In this document: positions 52,492 to 62,041 of the stretch, in pieces
How positions within the stretch are numbered: the stretch's first letter is position 1
Layout: every line of letters starts with the position of its first letter
From: Deltaproteobacteria bacterium
Lineage (GTDB): Bacteria; Desulfobacterota; Binatia; UBA1149; CAYXZP01
NCBI GenBank assembly: GCA_046583395.1
Contig: JAYGCK010000084.1
Span: 5,054 to 69,053 of the forward strand
Length of the DNA stretch: 64,000 bases
Direction of reading: 5' to 3'
Made by a program: the position numbers and the translations under genes
The notes under the pieces: model-generated
What the model was told of the DNA's origin: nothing
Seen by the model: the letters and a program-made list of their open reading frames with translations, nothing else
Databases searched by the model: none

Positions 52492-53703
52492 AGCGGCCAG
52501 GCCGCGCTCGGTCAACAGCCCGGTGCTGCGGTCGAGTATGAGTTCGGCAAGCTCGGTCTTGGCTATAAGCCCGGTACGCTCTTGGGTGCCGCTAGCGTCG
52601 ATGAGCACGGCCGAGTTGGTTTCGGTGTCGAAGCCGCTTCCCTCTTCGGTCACATCGTTGGCGACTATCAAATCAAGCCCTTTGCGGGTGAGCTTGGAGA
52701 CCGCATTTTCGATGAGGTCCTCGGTCTCTGCCGCAAAACCGACGATCACCCGCCGGCCCCGCGCACGGGAGATTCCCGTGAGGATGTCTTCTGTGCGTTC
52801 GAGAGCCAGTTCCAGCCCTCCGTCGTGTTTTTTGATTTTCGACGGTGAGACCTCGGCCATGCGGTAGTCGGCCACAGCCGCGACCATGACGACAAGGTCG
52901 GAAGCGACCACGTGGGCGCGCATGGCCTCGTTCATTTCGGCGGCCGTTTCCACATGGATGACCCTGCAGCCACGCGGCGGGGCGAGTGCGACCGGTCCCG
53001 ACACCAAGGTCACCTCGGCCCCGCGCCGGTGGGCGGCCTCGGCCACGGCATATCCCATGCGGCCGCTAGACCGGTTGGAGATGAAGCGAACCGGGTCGAG
53101 TGGTTCGCGCGTCGGTCCGGCCGAGACCAGCACCCGGAACCCGGCAAGGTCACGGTCGGAAAGTGCAGCCACGGTCTCTTCGACGAGGACCCGAGGGTCG
53201 GGCAACCTTCCGGGCCCCTCGTAACCGCAGGCCAGCTCTCCGCTGTCGGGCGCGACGATGCGATGCCCAAACCCCGCCAGACGGTCGAGGTTCTCACGGA
53301 CGGCCGGGTGCTCGAGCATGTTGGTGTTCATGGCCGGGGCCACAACGACGGGCGCGGTGGTGACCAGCAGAGCGGCGGTCACGACATCATCGGCCATGCC
53401 CGAGGCCATCCGGGAGATTAGGCCGGCGGTGGCCGGTGCGACAATCACCGCGTCGGCCTCATCGCCGATACGGATATGGCCGATCTCGGCATCGTCGGAA
53501 ACGCTCAAGATGTCGGTGGCAACGCGCTGTTTGGAAAGGGTCTGCAGGGTCAGCGGTGATATGAACTCGAGCGCGGCCTTGGTCATGGCGACCTGTACGC
53601 TGGCCCCGGCCGCGATGAACTGGCGCACCAGCTCGGCGCTCTTGTAGGCCGCGATTCCGCCTCCCACGCAGAGCAGTACTCGTTTGCCGTCCAGAGCGCC
53701 CAT
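52474..53703 (-). CDS. coaBC: bifunctional phosphopantothenoylcysteine decarboxylase / phosphopantothenate-cysteine ligase
   Basis: 409 aa with a flavoprotein N-domain (VGGGIAAYK) and the CoaB C-domain. Confidence 0.9.
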   Translation of the reverse strand: MGALDGKRVLLCVGGGIAAYKSAELVRQFIAAGASVQVAMTKAALEFISPLTLQTLSKQRVATDILSVSDDAEIGHIRIGDEADAVIVAPATAGLISRMASGMADDVVTAALLVTTAPVVVAPAMNTNMLEHPAVRENLDRLAGFGHRIVAPDSGELACGYEGPGRLPDPRVLVEETVAALSDRDLAGFRVLVSAGPTREPLDPVRFISNRSSGRMGYAVAEAAHRRGAEVTLVSGPVALAPPRGCRVIHVETAAEMNEAMRAHVVASDLVVMVAAVADYRMAEVSPSKIKKHDGGLELALERTEDILTGISRARGRRVIVGFAAETEDLIENAVSKLTRKGLDLIVANDVTEEGSGFDTETNSAVLIDASGTQERTGLIAKTELAELILDRSTGLLTERGLAASNGLR

Positions 53704-53709
53704 AACCGT

Positions 53710-54729
53710 TTATTCGCCGTCGGATGCGCGGGTCTCCAGCCCGCGCAGATCCGAGAAGCTTAACCCTTCCCGTAGCAGGTAGACAAGCCCGAGGCCGATC
53801 TGCGTGGCGGCCTGCGTCAAATGGGTGACTATCGAGTAGCTCAGCGCCCGAGTGCTGTCGATGGCGTAGATGTGTTCGAGCGCAAGCTTACAGCCCCACT
53901 GGAATTGGCCCACGAAGGCCGGGGCCGACGGCACCGACACGGCCATAGCGACGATGGTCACCAAGGTCACCCCGCCCGGGAGGAAGGGCACGGTCAGCCC
54001 CGAGGCTTCCAACCCGAAGGAGAAACAGAGCGCGATAACGATCCACAACCACAGCGACCAAACCAGCGAGCGAATCAACGCTGAGGGTGAAGAGATGAGG
54101 GCGACGCCATCGAGGAAGTCGTGTTCGATCGCGGCAATGCGCTCGCCAAGACGTCCGGGCAGACGGGACCACAAGCGGTCGAGAACGGGCACAAGGCGGT
54201 CACGGGCACCATGGAGGACCGCAAGTACGGTTGCCGTCACTAGGACGACCAGGCCCGCAACGGTGGTCAGGGAGCGGACGATCGGAGGAACATCGCTGTT
54301 GACCACGACCCATGACGCGAACAGGAACAGTACGAAGAGGTCCAGGACGCGTTCGAGCAATACGGTGGCCAGTGCCGTGCTGAAGGGTATCTCTGTACGC
54401 CGGCTGAGCAGATAAGGCCGCACGACCTCGCCTATCCTGAGCGGCAACAGCATGTTGGCCATGAAACCGATGGCGGTGGCCGAGAAGATCGGTTCGAACT
54501 CCGGACGCCGGGCACCGGCGTATTCGAGCAAAAGCCTCCAGCGCTGGGCCCGGATCACCACGGAGTAAAGCCCGACGGCGACCATTGGCAGTAGCCAGAC
54601 CGTTCGGGTGACGGCCAATTCGCGCGACAGGCCGCTCCAGTCCTCACCTTCGAGCGCCAGATAAAGAAAGAGCCCCGATAGGCCAAAGCCCACCCCTATT
54701 TGAAGATAGCGCTTGCCCCTGGCCGTCAT
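53710..54729 (-). CDS. UPF0104/YbhN-like membrane protein (flippase-like TM domain)
   Basis: 339 aa with about 8 TM helices. The N-terminal pattern resembles the TM domain of lysyl-PG synthase. Confidence 0.55.
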   Translation of the reverse strand: MTARGKRYLQIGVGFGLSGLFLYLALEGEDWSGLSRELAVTRTVWLLPMVAVGLYSVVIRAQRWRLLLEYAGARRPEFEPIFSATAIGFMANMLLPLRIGEVVRPYLLSRRTEIPFSTALATVLLERVLDLFVLFLFASWVVVNSDVPPIVRSLTTVAGLVVLVTATVLAVLHGARDRLVPVLDRLWSRLPGRLGERIAAIEHDFLDGVALISSPSALIRSLVWSLWLWIVIALCFSFGLEASGLTVPFLPGGVTLVTIVAMAVSVPSAPAFVGQFQWGCKLALEHIYAIDSTRALSYSIVTHLTQAATQIGLGLVYLLREGLSFSDLRGLETRASDGE

Positions 54730-54750
54730 GGCGTGAGGGAGCGAACAGGG

Positions 54751-55110
<360 letters not shown>

Positions 55111-55163
55111 CTAGTTTGGCCAGGCAGCGCGGAGCGTGCCACAGCACTTACAACGAGTAAAGC

Positions 55164-55191
55164 TTGACAGGAGCAAGCACGGGCGGATATT
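55164..55191 (+). promoter_or_regulatory. candidate sigma70-like promoter (TTGACA, 16-nt spacer, GATATT) upstream of the polyprenyl synthase gene
   Basis: A consensus -35 hexamer is read directly from the sequence in the divergent fdx/polyprenyl-synthase intergenic region. The -10 element is weak. Confidence 0.3.
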
Positions 55192-55223
55192 CCCAGCCCG
55201 TCGGCCATGCTAACCCCAGTTCC

Positions 55224-56222
55224 ATGACAAAGCCGTTCGCTGCAACTAACACCACCGCTACGGCAGCCGCGGTCGATAATGCATTGTCGACTGTCACGGC
55301 CGAGTTGACCGCGGTCGAAGAACGTATCGATGAGGTTCTCCTCTCTCGCGAGCCACGTATCACCGAAATCGCCAACTACCTGATCGAGGCCGGCGGCAAG
55401 CGTGTGCGGCCCGCAGTGGCGCTCCTAGTCTTCCGGGCCTGCGGAGGAAGCGACCCGCGTGACGTGGTCGATCTTTCGGTTGCTCTCGAACTGATACACA
55501 GCGCGACCTTGCTGCACGACGACATCATCGATTCGAGCGACACACGCCGGGGGCGGGCTTCGGCACCAAAACGTTTCGGGATGCCCGATACGCTGGTCAC
55601 CGGCGACTTCCTCTTCAGCCGGGCTTTCGAGATATGCGGCCGATTTGAAGAGCAGGTGGTGGCCTGGGCCGCCCAGGCCTGCGTGCAGTTGACCGAGGGC
55701 GAGGTGCTGCAGCGCCGTTTCCGGCACAACCCGGCGGTAACCGAACGGGACTATGAAGAGATTATATCGCGTAAGACCGCATCCCTGTTCTCGGCCGGTG
55801 CGCGCATCGCCTGTCACTTGGCCGGCCAAAGCGCGACCGATGTCGAGCGGTTGGCCGTCTGCGGCCAGGAGATAGGCTTGGCTTTCCAGATGATCGACGA
55901 CGTGCTCGATGTCACCGGCGAGGAGGAAAGCACCGGCAAGGACCGAGGTGCCGACCTGCGAGACGGCAATCCCTCGCTACCGGTGGTCTGGGGACTAGAG
56001 CTAGCCGCCGTCCGGACGGCCTTCACCGAGACCGCTCCCGGCCAGCCCGAGGTTGCCGCGGCACTGCGGGCAATAGAGGACGCGGGCCTGCCCCGGCGCA
56101 TCCGCGAACTGGCCGCCGGGCACGCGGCCAGGGCCGAGGCTGTGGTCGAAAGCCTGGAGCCCTCCGAACACCAGCGCGCTCTTCTCTTGCTTATCTCGGC
56201 CTTAATCGACCGCGAGTTTTAA
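55224..56222 (+). CDS. polyprenyl diphosphate synthase (IspB-like, trans-isoprenyl diphosphate synthase)
   Basis: FARM motif LLHDDIIDSSDTRRG and a second Asp-rich motif MIDDVLD. Start taken at MTKPFAAT, with the TTG at 55164 rejected. Confidence 0.8.
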   Translation: MTKPFAATNTTATAAAVDNALSTVTAELTAVEERIDEVLLSREPRITEIANYLIEAGGKRVRPAVALLVFRACGGSDPRDVVDLSVALELIHSATLLHDDIIDSSDTRRGRASAPKRFGMPDTLVTGDFLFSRAFEICGRFEEQVVAWAAQACVQLTEGEVLQRRFRHNPAVTERDYEEIISRKTASLFSAGARIACHLAGQSATDVERLAVCGQEIGLAFQMIDDVLDVTGEEESTGKDRGADLRDGNPSLPVVWGLELAAVRTAFTETAPGQPEVAAALRAIEDAGLPRRIRELAAGHAARAEAVVESLEPSEHQRALLLLISALIDREF

Positions 56223-56228
56223 GCCGGC

Positions 56229-57422
56229 TCAGTTCGTTTGCCCCGTGACCAGCGAGACCAGGGTTCTGCGGCGGTCGCCATCGACCACGACCAGGGCCAG
56301 AGCCGAACCGAGGTATAGCCATACGAAGGCTGCACGTATGGCCGGGTCGGGCAGCGAGAGCTGCACGATGAAGAGCGCGGCCAGCGTTAGTGCGGCCGGG
56401 CGCGTAAATCTCATCCGGGCCAACAACACCACGCCGAACAGGGATTGGGCGCCGGTCAACAGAATTTCGGATGATTGGCGTGCATCGAGCTCCATCGGTG
56501 CCCAGTCGCCGGAGGAGACGGCAAAGGCGATCGGTAAGGCGCCCACCAGAAGGGTCCACTGATTGACCTTCGAGGAAAGCAGCGTCGCAAATCCAGCCGA
56601 GGCCTTGAGTTGGAGGGCAAAGAGCACGGCGATGATGAACTCGGGTGCCTCTGATGCCAGCGGGGCCACCCACTGTATCAGGATGAACTCGTCGATTCCG
56701 GCGCCCCGCCCTACCGCGAGCAAGGACTCGGCAAAGGGCTCGGCGACCCACACGATGGTCAGGGCGGCGGCGGCGAACATGGCGGCTATGGCCAGTCGTC
56801 TTTTCAGCTCCGGAAGCCGGGCCACACTTGCCGCAGGCCCGGCCAGTTCGGGCTCTACGTGTTCCCCGCCAGCCGCCGCACGGAGATAGGCAACAAAGAT
56901 CAAGATGAGGACCCCCGAATCGATAAGCCCGAGGCTGCCCTTTAAGGGCACGATGAAGCAGTAGAGCGTGGCCAGAAGCAGGAAGCGGAGCTCGGTCCGC
57001 TGGCCGGCGCTGAGTTCGATCGCGGACCGGCGCGAACGCCCCGCGTAGGCCAGAAGCACCAAGGGCCACCCGATTCCGATGAGGATACGGTTGGCTCCGG
57101 TCATGTTGGCCATGGCGTACTGTGTGTAGACCGGGTCCTGGCCTGCCTGCCAGGCAAAGTACAGATCGACCGCGTATTCGGGAAGCACGGCTACGAATGC
57201 AAGAAAGGCGAAGGACAGCGAGGCCGGAACATCGACCTGTACCGCTTCCGCGGCCCAGGAAAGGAAGAAGGCTGCCCCAAATATGCCCGCCCCGGCCGAG
57301 AGTGCGATGGTGACCGGCGCTTGTTCCGGGTGCGGGCCACAGCTTAGCACCGCTATGGCCTGCGCCATCATGGCGAGCGCCGTGACGAGCGCAACGCGGT
57401 CGTGTCCGGAGGTCGTGGCCAT
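56229..57422 (-). CDS. CaCA-family (Na+/Ca2+ exchanger-like) membrane protein
   Basis: 397 aa, polytopic, with alpha-repeat-like motifs (VLPEYAVDL and ASEAPEF). Confidence 0.5.
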   Translation of the reverse strand: MATTSGHDRVALVTALAMMAQAIAVLSCGPHPEQAPVTIALSAGAGIFGAAFFLSWAAEAVQVDVPASLSFAFLAFVAVLPEYAVDLYFAWQAGQDPVYTQYAMANMTGANRILIGIGWPLVLLAYAGRSRRSAIELSAGQRTELRFLLLATLYCFIVPLKGSLGLIDSGVLILIFVAYLRAAAGGEHVEPELAGPAASVARLPELKRRLAIAAMFAAAALTIVWVAEPFAESLLAVGRGAGIDEFILIQWVAPLASEAPEFIIAVLFALQLKASAGFATLLSSKVNQWTLLVGALPIAFAVSSGDWAPMELDARQSSEILLTGAQSLFGVVLLARMRFTRPAALTLAALFIVQLSLPDPAIRAAFVWLYLGSALALVVVDGDRRRTLVSLVTGQTN

Positions 57423-57477
57423 GGCTAGTTTGTAACCGAGCCCGTCCGGCTAGGCGAGTTCTGTCGGTGCCGGAGCT

Positions 57478-57711
57478 CTAGTGGGCCGTGCCCGCCTCTG
57501 AGCGATTGGCGTCCCAGATGGCGCGTAACAACCGCTCGAGCACGACAAACTCGTGGTTCATGACCAGCAACGCATCTACGGTGCTGGCCAGCTCCGGTTC
57601 GCGGTCGCTCTCGTTGAACTCGGCCATTTCCTTGGCCGCCGACAGGAGACCATCGGATGCGCGCCGTATGTGAACCGCTAGTTGGGTGAAACTGTCATTG
57701 TCTATTACCAT
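57478..57711 (-). CDS. hypothetical small protein (77 aa)
   Basis: Open frame with a moderately G/C-biased third position. Its 5' end is AT-richer than usual. It lies between the CaCA gene and a divergent oxidoreductase gene. Confidence 0.3.
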   Translation of the reverse strand: MVIDNDSFTQLAVHIRRASDGLLSAAKEMAEFNESDREPELASTVDALLVMNHEFVVLERLLRAIWDANRSEAGTAH

Positions 57712-57880
57712 GCCCCCTTGTCAGGCAAGCCCCGTGCCAAGCCTGATATCCAGGCGGGCCTCCGGGGGCCGCGGGCGCCGTGCACAAGCCTGGACCGAAG
57801 CGTACAAGCGGGCACGACGGACAACGCAGGGGCCATGGCCCTTGTCACAACAAAGCGCATGGTGTCGGTTCCCGGGCCCT

Positions 57881-58906
57881 ATGATTAAGTTGGACACCGC
57901 AGTCGAGGGCTTGTCGCCCTCTTCGATGGCACGTTCGGCCAAGCGCGCAGAGGAACTCGGCTTTGCCGGATTGATGACGGCCGAGGCTTCCCACGAGCCC
58001 TATCTGCCGCTCATGGTAGCCGCCGAACACAGCGAACGGGTCGAACTGCTCACGGGTATCGCCCTGGCGTTCACCCGAAGTCCGATGACCACGGCCTATA
58101 CCGCGTGGGACCTGCAGCGATACAGCAAGGGCCGTTTCATCCTCGGCCTGGGAACACAGATCAAGGCCCACAATGAGAAACGGTTCAGCGTTGCCTGGGA
58201 CCGCCCGGGTCCGCGCCTGCGCGACCTGGTGCTTTCGCTCCGCACAATCTGGGATGTGTGGCAGAACGGCGGACGGTTGCGTTACGAGGGCGAGTTCTAC
58301 CGGTTCACCCTGATGACCCCGTTCTTCGACCCCGGGCCCCAAGAGCACGGTTCCGTGCCGGTCTACATAGCCGGCGTCAATCCCTACATGTGCCGCTTGG
58401 CCGGTGAACTGTGTGACGGCTTTCACGTCCACCCCATCCACACCGTGAAATACTTAAACGAGGTCGTCCGCCCCTTGGTGGCCGAGGGCGCGGCGCGCTC
58501 GGACCGCGACCCAGCCGAGTTGAAATACGTGAGCGGGTGTTTCGTCGTGTTCGCCGATAACGACGAAGAGCAAGAGCGTTGGGCCGCAATGACCAAACAA
58601 CAAATTGCATTCTATGCTTCGACCCCGGCCTACAAGAGCATTTTGGCGGTACACGGCTGGGAGGACCTCGGCCCGCAGCTGACCGAACTGTCGAAGGCGG
58701 GCAAGTGGGAGGATATGGCCGGGTTGATAAGCGACGACATGCTCGACCAGATGGCGGTCACCGGTGCACGCAGCGAAATCGCCGGTAAACTCGTCGAAAA
58801 GTACGACGGTCTTTTGGATCGTATCACACTCTACTGCGGGCGTGACGCGGCAGAAGAAGACTGGTGGTCGGAGTTGGCCGGAAAGCTGGCAGCGGCTGGA
58901 AGCTAG
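57881..58906 (+). CDS. luciferase-like monooxygenase (LLM) class oxidoreductase, likely F420-dependent
   Basis: Homology starts at MIKLDTAVEG, with TIM-barrel LLM motifs. The 65-codon upstream extension is rejected. Confidence 0.7.
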   Translation: MIKLDTAVEGLSPSSMARSAKRAEELGFAGLMTAEASHEPYLPLMVAAEHSERVELLTGIALAFTRSPMTTAYTAWDLQRYSKGRFILGLGTQIKAHNEKRFSVAWDRPGPRLRDLVLSLRTIWDVWQNGGRLRYEGEFYRFTLMTPFFDPGPQEHGSVPVYIAGVNPYMCRLAGELCDGFHVHPIHTVKYLNEVVRPLVAEGAARSDRDPAELKYVSGCFVVFADNDEEQERWAAMTKQQIAFYASTPAYKSILAVHGWEDLGPQLTELSKAGKWEDMAGLISDDMLDQMAVTGARSEIAGKLVEKYDGLLDRITLYCGRDAAEEDWWSELAGKLAAAGS

Positions 58907-60441
58907 CGGGTCATCTTCTTTACGTAGGTCGAGAACCCTTTGGCGGCGAGCGCTTTGGCGTGCCCACGTGCCGTTTGGGCCGTCGCGAAACCACCGCTCA
59001 TCACGCGATAGACCGACCCCGCTCCCTTGACGACCTGAGCGCCCTTAAACCCGCGCTTGGCCAGACGCGCGACCACCTCCTCGGCGTTGGCTGGCGTGCG
59101 AAAGGCGCCAACCTGGACGGAAAAGGCCGGAGGAGCTTTTTTCTTAACGTCATCGATGACGCTGGGGAGTGCCTTCACCGGCAACTTGCCGCTTGCCACG
59201 ACCCGGCCACCGGGTTTTTTGGCCGGAGGCGCGGTCACGGACCGAGCGGGCGCCTTGGGAGCGGCCGGCTTGGCGGCGGGCTTGGGTGCCTTGGCAATGG
59301 GCTTGGGGGGCGGGACCGGCTTTTTCACCGCTGCCGGTTTTACCGGGCCAGTTGGCGCTCGGACCAGCGCGAGTTTGGCAATCTTCGGTGGGTTGGCCGG
59401 CGGGTTGGTGCCGTGCTCCTCTCCGACTACTACCGCCAGCGGAAGGGCCGCGTTGCCGTCAGTGGCCCCCTGCTGGTCGTCCTTGTCACCGGTGCTCAGC
59501 GCCGCGGCGAACCCAATGACCAACGCCAGCAGGCCGGCGGCCCAGACACCCATTCTCGTACGATTGGCGGCCGCTGGCGGCCTGGCCTGGCTGGAGTCTG
59601 CAGCTTCGGGTGCGCCCGGGTTGTCGCCGGACCCGGCGTCACCCGAAGGTCCGAGCGCATCTGCTGAAACCTTCCTGGAGCCGGCCCGGGCGGCGTTCTC
59701 GAGCGCGGCACGGCACAGGATATTTATCTGCAATGGAAGGCCGGCGGCCTCGCGCACGATAGTGCCGAGCACCTCCTGGCTGAACACCTTCTCGACGGTC
59801 CCGCCGGCCCGGTTTATCCGTTCGGCGATGTAACGAAAGCTGTCCTCCGGCCCGATGCCGTCCATCCGGCACACCTGGACCAGATAACGGAGGACACTGC
59901 GATCGCCCGCCGCGTTCAGGCGGTCGAGAAGGTCGTTCCTCCCGACCAGCACCAGGTGCAATTTTGAGGGCTCGGCCGGATCCTTCGGAAAGACCCGGGC
60001 GAACCGCTCTATGGTCTTGGCCGGAAGCTCGTGGGCGCCATCGATGACGACCAGTGTGTTCTTGCCTTTTGCCGCATTGGCCTTGGCCGCATCGCGAAGC
60101 GCGCCCGAAAGATGCGTGTCGTTGCCCTTGCCCGCGCTCTGGCCGTTGGCCGCAGACAACTGCTCGAGCGCCTCGGCCAGGATGCCTCGCAAGCCGGGCC
60201 CGGCCTCGGGAAGGTAGGCGCACCGGGTGTTGTCGCCGAGCCGTTCGACAAGGCCGGCCATGAGGGCGGACTTGCCGACCCCGGACTCGCCCACCAGGAC
60301 GATAATACCTTGCGGGGTCTTGAGCCCTGCGCGCAACTCGGCCACGAGCGCTGCCTGGGCCTCGAACAGCACTGTGTCGTCCGGGCGTAGGTACTCGGTT
60401 TCGAAAGGGTGGCCGTCAAGTCCGAAGATGGCTGGTTCCAT
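58903..60441 (-). CDS. ExeA/GspA-like AAA ATPase with a TM segment, Pro/Lys/Ala-rich linker and C-terminal SPOR domain
   Basis: Walker A LVGESGVGKSAL and an AAA_22-like N-domain. One hydrophobic segment (WAAGLLALVIGFAAAL). The C-terminal SPOR-like region is FSVQVGAF...GSVYRVMSGGF...AKG. Confidence 0.65.
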   Translation of the reverse strand: MEPAIFGLDGHPFETEYLRPDDTVLFEAQAALVAELRAGLKTPQGIIVLVGESGVGKSALMAGLVERLGDNTRCAYLPEAGPGLRGILAEALEQLSAANGQSAGKGNDTHLSGALRDAAKANAAKGKNTLVVIDGAHELPAKTIERFARVFPKDPAEPSKLHLVLVGRNDLLDRLNAAGDRSVLRYLVQVCRMDGIGPEDSFRYIAERINRAGGTVEKVFSQEVLGTIVREAAGLPLQINILCRAALENAARAGSRKVSADALGPSGDAGSGDNPGAPEAADSSQARPPAAANRTRMGVWAAGLLALVIGFAAALSTGDKDDQQGATDGNAALPLAVVVGEEHGTNPPANPPKIAKLALVRAPTGPVKPAAVKKPVPPPKPIAKAPKPAAKPAAPKAPARSVTAPPAKKPGGRVVASGKLPVKALPSVIDDVKKKAPPAFSVQVGAFRTPANAEEVVARLAKRGFKGAQVVKGAGSVYRVMSGGFATAQTARGHAKALAAKGFSTYVKKMTR

Positions 60442-60493
60442 CCGTAGTGCAGGGCTGTCCCCAACCTCCAGCGTAGCACAGGGTGGTCAGTGT

Positions 60494-61552
60494 TCAAGAT
60501 TGGCGGCGGCCCTGGCGACAGGCCTGGGCCAGGAATCGTGAGAAGAGATGCAGGGGCTCTAACCGCGTGCTCTTGAGGGCGACATCGACGTCGAGCAACT
60601 TTCGGTTGAGACCGACGAGTTCCGCAGTCGTGAAACGGGCAGCGCCGTGCATCAGGTAGTAGGCCCTTGCCGGCCGTTTCCAGCGTCCTTGTAGGAGACC
60701 GGGGAGGCGCTTGTAGGTTCCGGACGAGAAACCCGAGATGCTTTTTTCCAGGCGCGGACGGCCCAGGTCATCTAGGGCTGCCGATGCCGCGCACAAGTCC
60801 CCGAGTTGGTTCGAGACCAGGCCGACGATACGCGGGGCGGCCTCGCCGGCGCCAAGCAATCGCTCGATGAGACCTTCGGCATCGGCCAGACGCCGTTCGC
60901 TGATTGCGTCGGTGAGGTCGAAGATCCACGCACCGGCCTGGTCGCGCATGTGGGTCGCCACTGTCTGCGCGCTCAAGCCGTGCTCGACCTCGGCAAGCAG
61001 GCAGAGCCGGTCGACCTCGGTAAGCAGCTCCCCTATCTGGGCTCCCGCCCTGGCCGTTATGGCGCGGAGCGTCTGGGCGTCCGGCCGTGGCAACCCGTTA
61101 GCCGTTACACGGCCCGACACCAGTTCTTCGAGCCGGGTACCGTCGAGACGGCCCTGGTGGCCGGACGCTACCGAAAGGTCGTGGAGTTCGGCCAAGGCCA
61201 ATAGTTGCTTGGAGGCTCGCGTTCGCTTGTCGAGAGAGGCCGCGGTGATTACGACCGATGCCCCCGAAAATGCCGGGTCCTCGAAAAGTTCCACTACCGC
61301 CTCTGTAGCGGCCGGAGTGAGGTCGCGCAGCCACACGCAGCGCTGGGGGTTGAACATCCCGACCTGGGAACAAGCCGCGGCTAGCCGCCCAACGACCGCC
61401 TCGGCCTCATCGAACTCGGTAGCACGGAGAATCTCCAAATCGGTGGCCTGGTTTGCCGGCGCAACTATCTGGTCGATGATCTTACGCGCGGCCGGCAGTA
61501 CCAACTCGGCATCCCCGAGTAGCAATACGACCTTGGCAGGCTCGGTCGCCAT
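60494..61552 (-). CDS. holA: DNA polymerase III delta subunit
   Basis: 352 aa. N-terminus VVLLLGDAELVL and the C-terminal pattern LMHGAARFTTAELVGLNRKLLDVDVALKS resemble the HolA family. Confidence 0.65.
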   Translation of the reverse strand: MATEPAKVVLLLGDAELVLPAARKIIDQIVAPANQATDLEILRATEFDEAEAVVGRLAAACSQVGMFNPQRCVWLRDLTPAATEAVVELFEDPAFSGASVVITAASLDKRTRASKQLLALAELHDLSVASGHQGRLDGTRLEELVSGRVTANGLPRPDAQTLRAITARAGAQIGELLTEVDRLCLLAEVEHGLSAQTVATHMRDQAGAWIFDLTDAISERRLADAEGLIERLLGAGEAAPRIVGLVSNQLGDLCAASAALDDLGRPRLEKSISGFSSGTYKRLPGLLQGRWKRPARAYYLMHGAARFTTAELVGLNRKLLDVDVALKSTRLEPLHLFSRFLAQACRQGRRQS

Positions 61553-61558
61553 CGGCTC

Positions 61559-62017
61559 TTAGGGCCGGCTGGCCACCGCGCGGTCGTCGCGCACCGGCAC
61601 CCACTGGCCCACGGCGGTGGCCAACTCGCGGCCGCGTTGGTCGGCAACGCTAGCTTCTATGGTGACCCGCTCATCGCTGGAGTCCTTGACCCGTGCGCTC
61701 AGAAGAAGCGGGTGGTCAATATAGACCGGCCGTCGATAGCGAACGTTGAGACTGCTGGTCACCCCGTTCTTGCCCACCAAGAGACTCATGGCCCAGCCCA
61801 TGGCCTCATCGAGCGCAGCCGCAACGATTCCGCCGTGCACGATATCGGCCCAGCCGGCGTGATCGACCCCGAACACGACGGTGGCCTCGACCCGGTCCTC
61901 CTGCTTGGAGAACGACAGCTTGAGACCGGCCGGGTTGTCCGCTCCGCAGCCGAAACAGCCGTTGGCCTCGGTCACCACCCGGCCCGGATAGCCGGGGCAC
62001 GGGTGGCGTTCAAGTAC
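61559..62017 (-). CDS. hotdog-fold thioesterase (PaaI/YbgC-like)
   Basis: NGCFGCGADNPAGLKLSF...HGGIVAAALDEAMGWA. The start is uncertain within about 61975-62017, and the ORF-track extension to 62194 would overlap tetR. Confidence 0.65.
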   Translation of the reverse strand, partial: VLERHPCPGYPGRVVTEANGCFGCGADNPAGLKLSFSKQEDRVEATVVFGVDHAGWADIVHGGIVAAALDEAMGWAMSLLVGKNGVTSSLNVRYRRPVYIDHPLLLSARVKDSSDERVTIEASVADQRGRELATAVGQWVPVRDDRAVASRP

Positions 62018-62041
62018 GGCCGGTCGCTTAGAACACAGTCG

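Noticed and set aside
55164-55223. TTG start of the polyprenyl synthase ORF in the track.
   Set aside because: That TTG is the first base of a consensus TTGACA -35 hexamer. Homology begins at the downstream ATG at 55224.
59200-59500. Tandem repeats in DNA encoding the Pro/Lys/Ala linker.
   Set aside because: This is an imperfect, codon-level repeat inside a coding linker. It is not a CRISPR, VNTR or mobile-element repeat.
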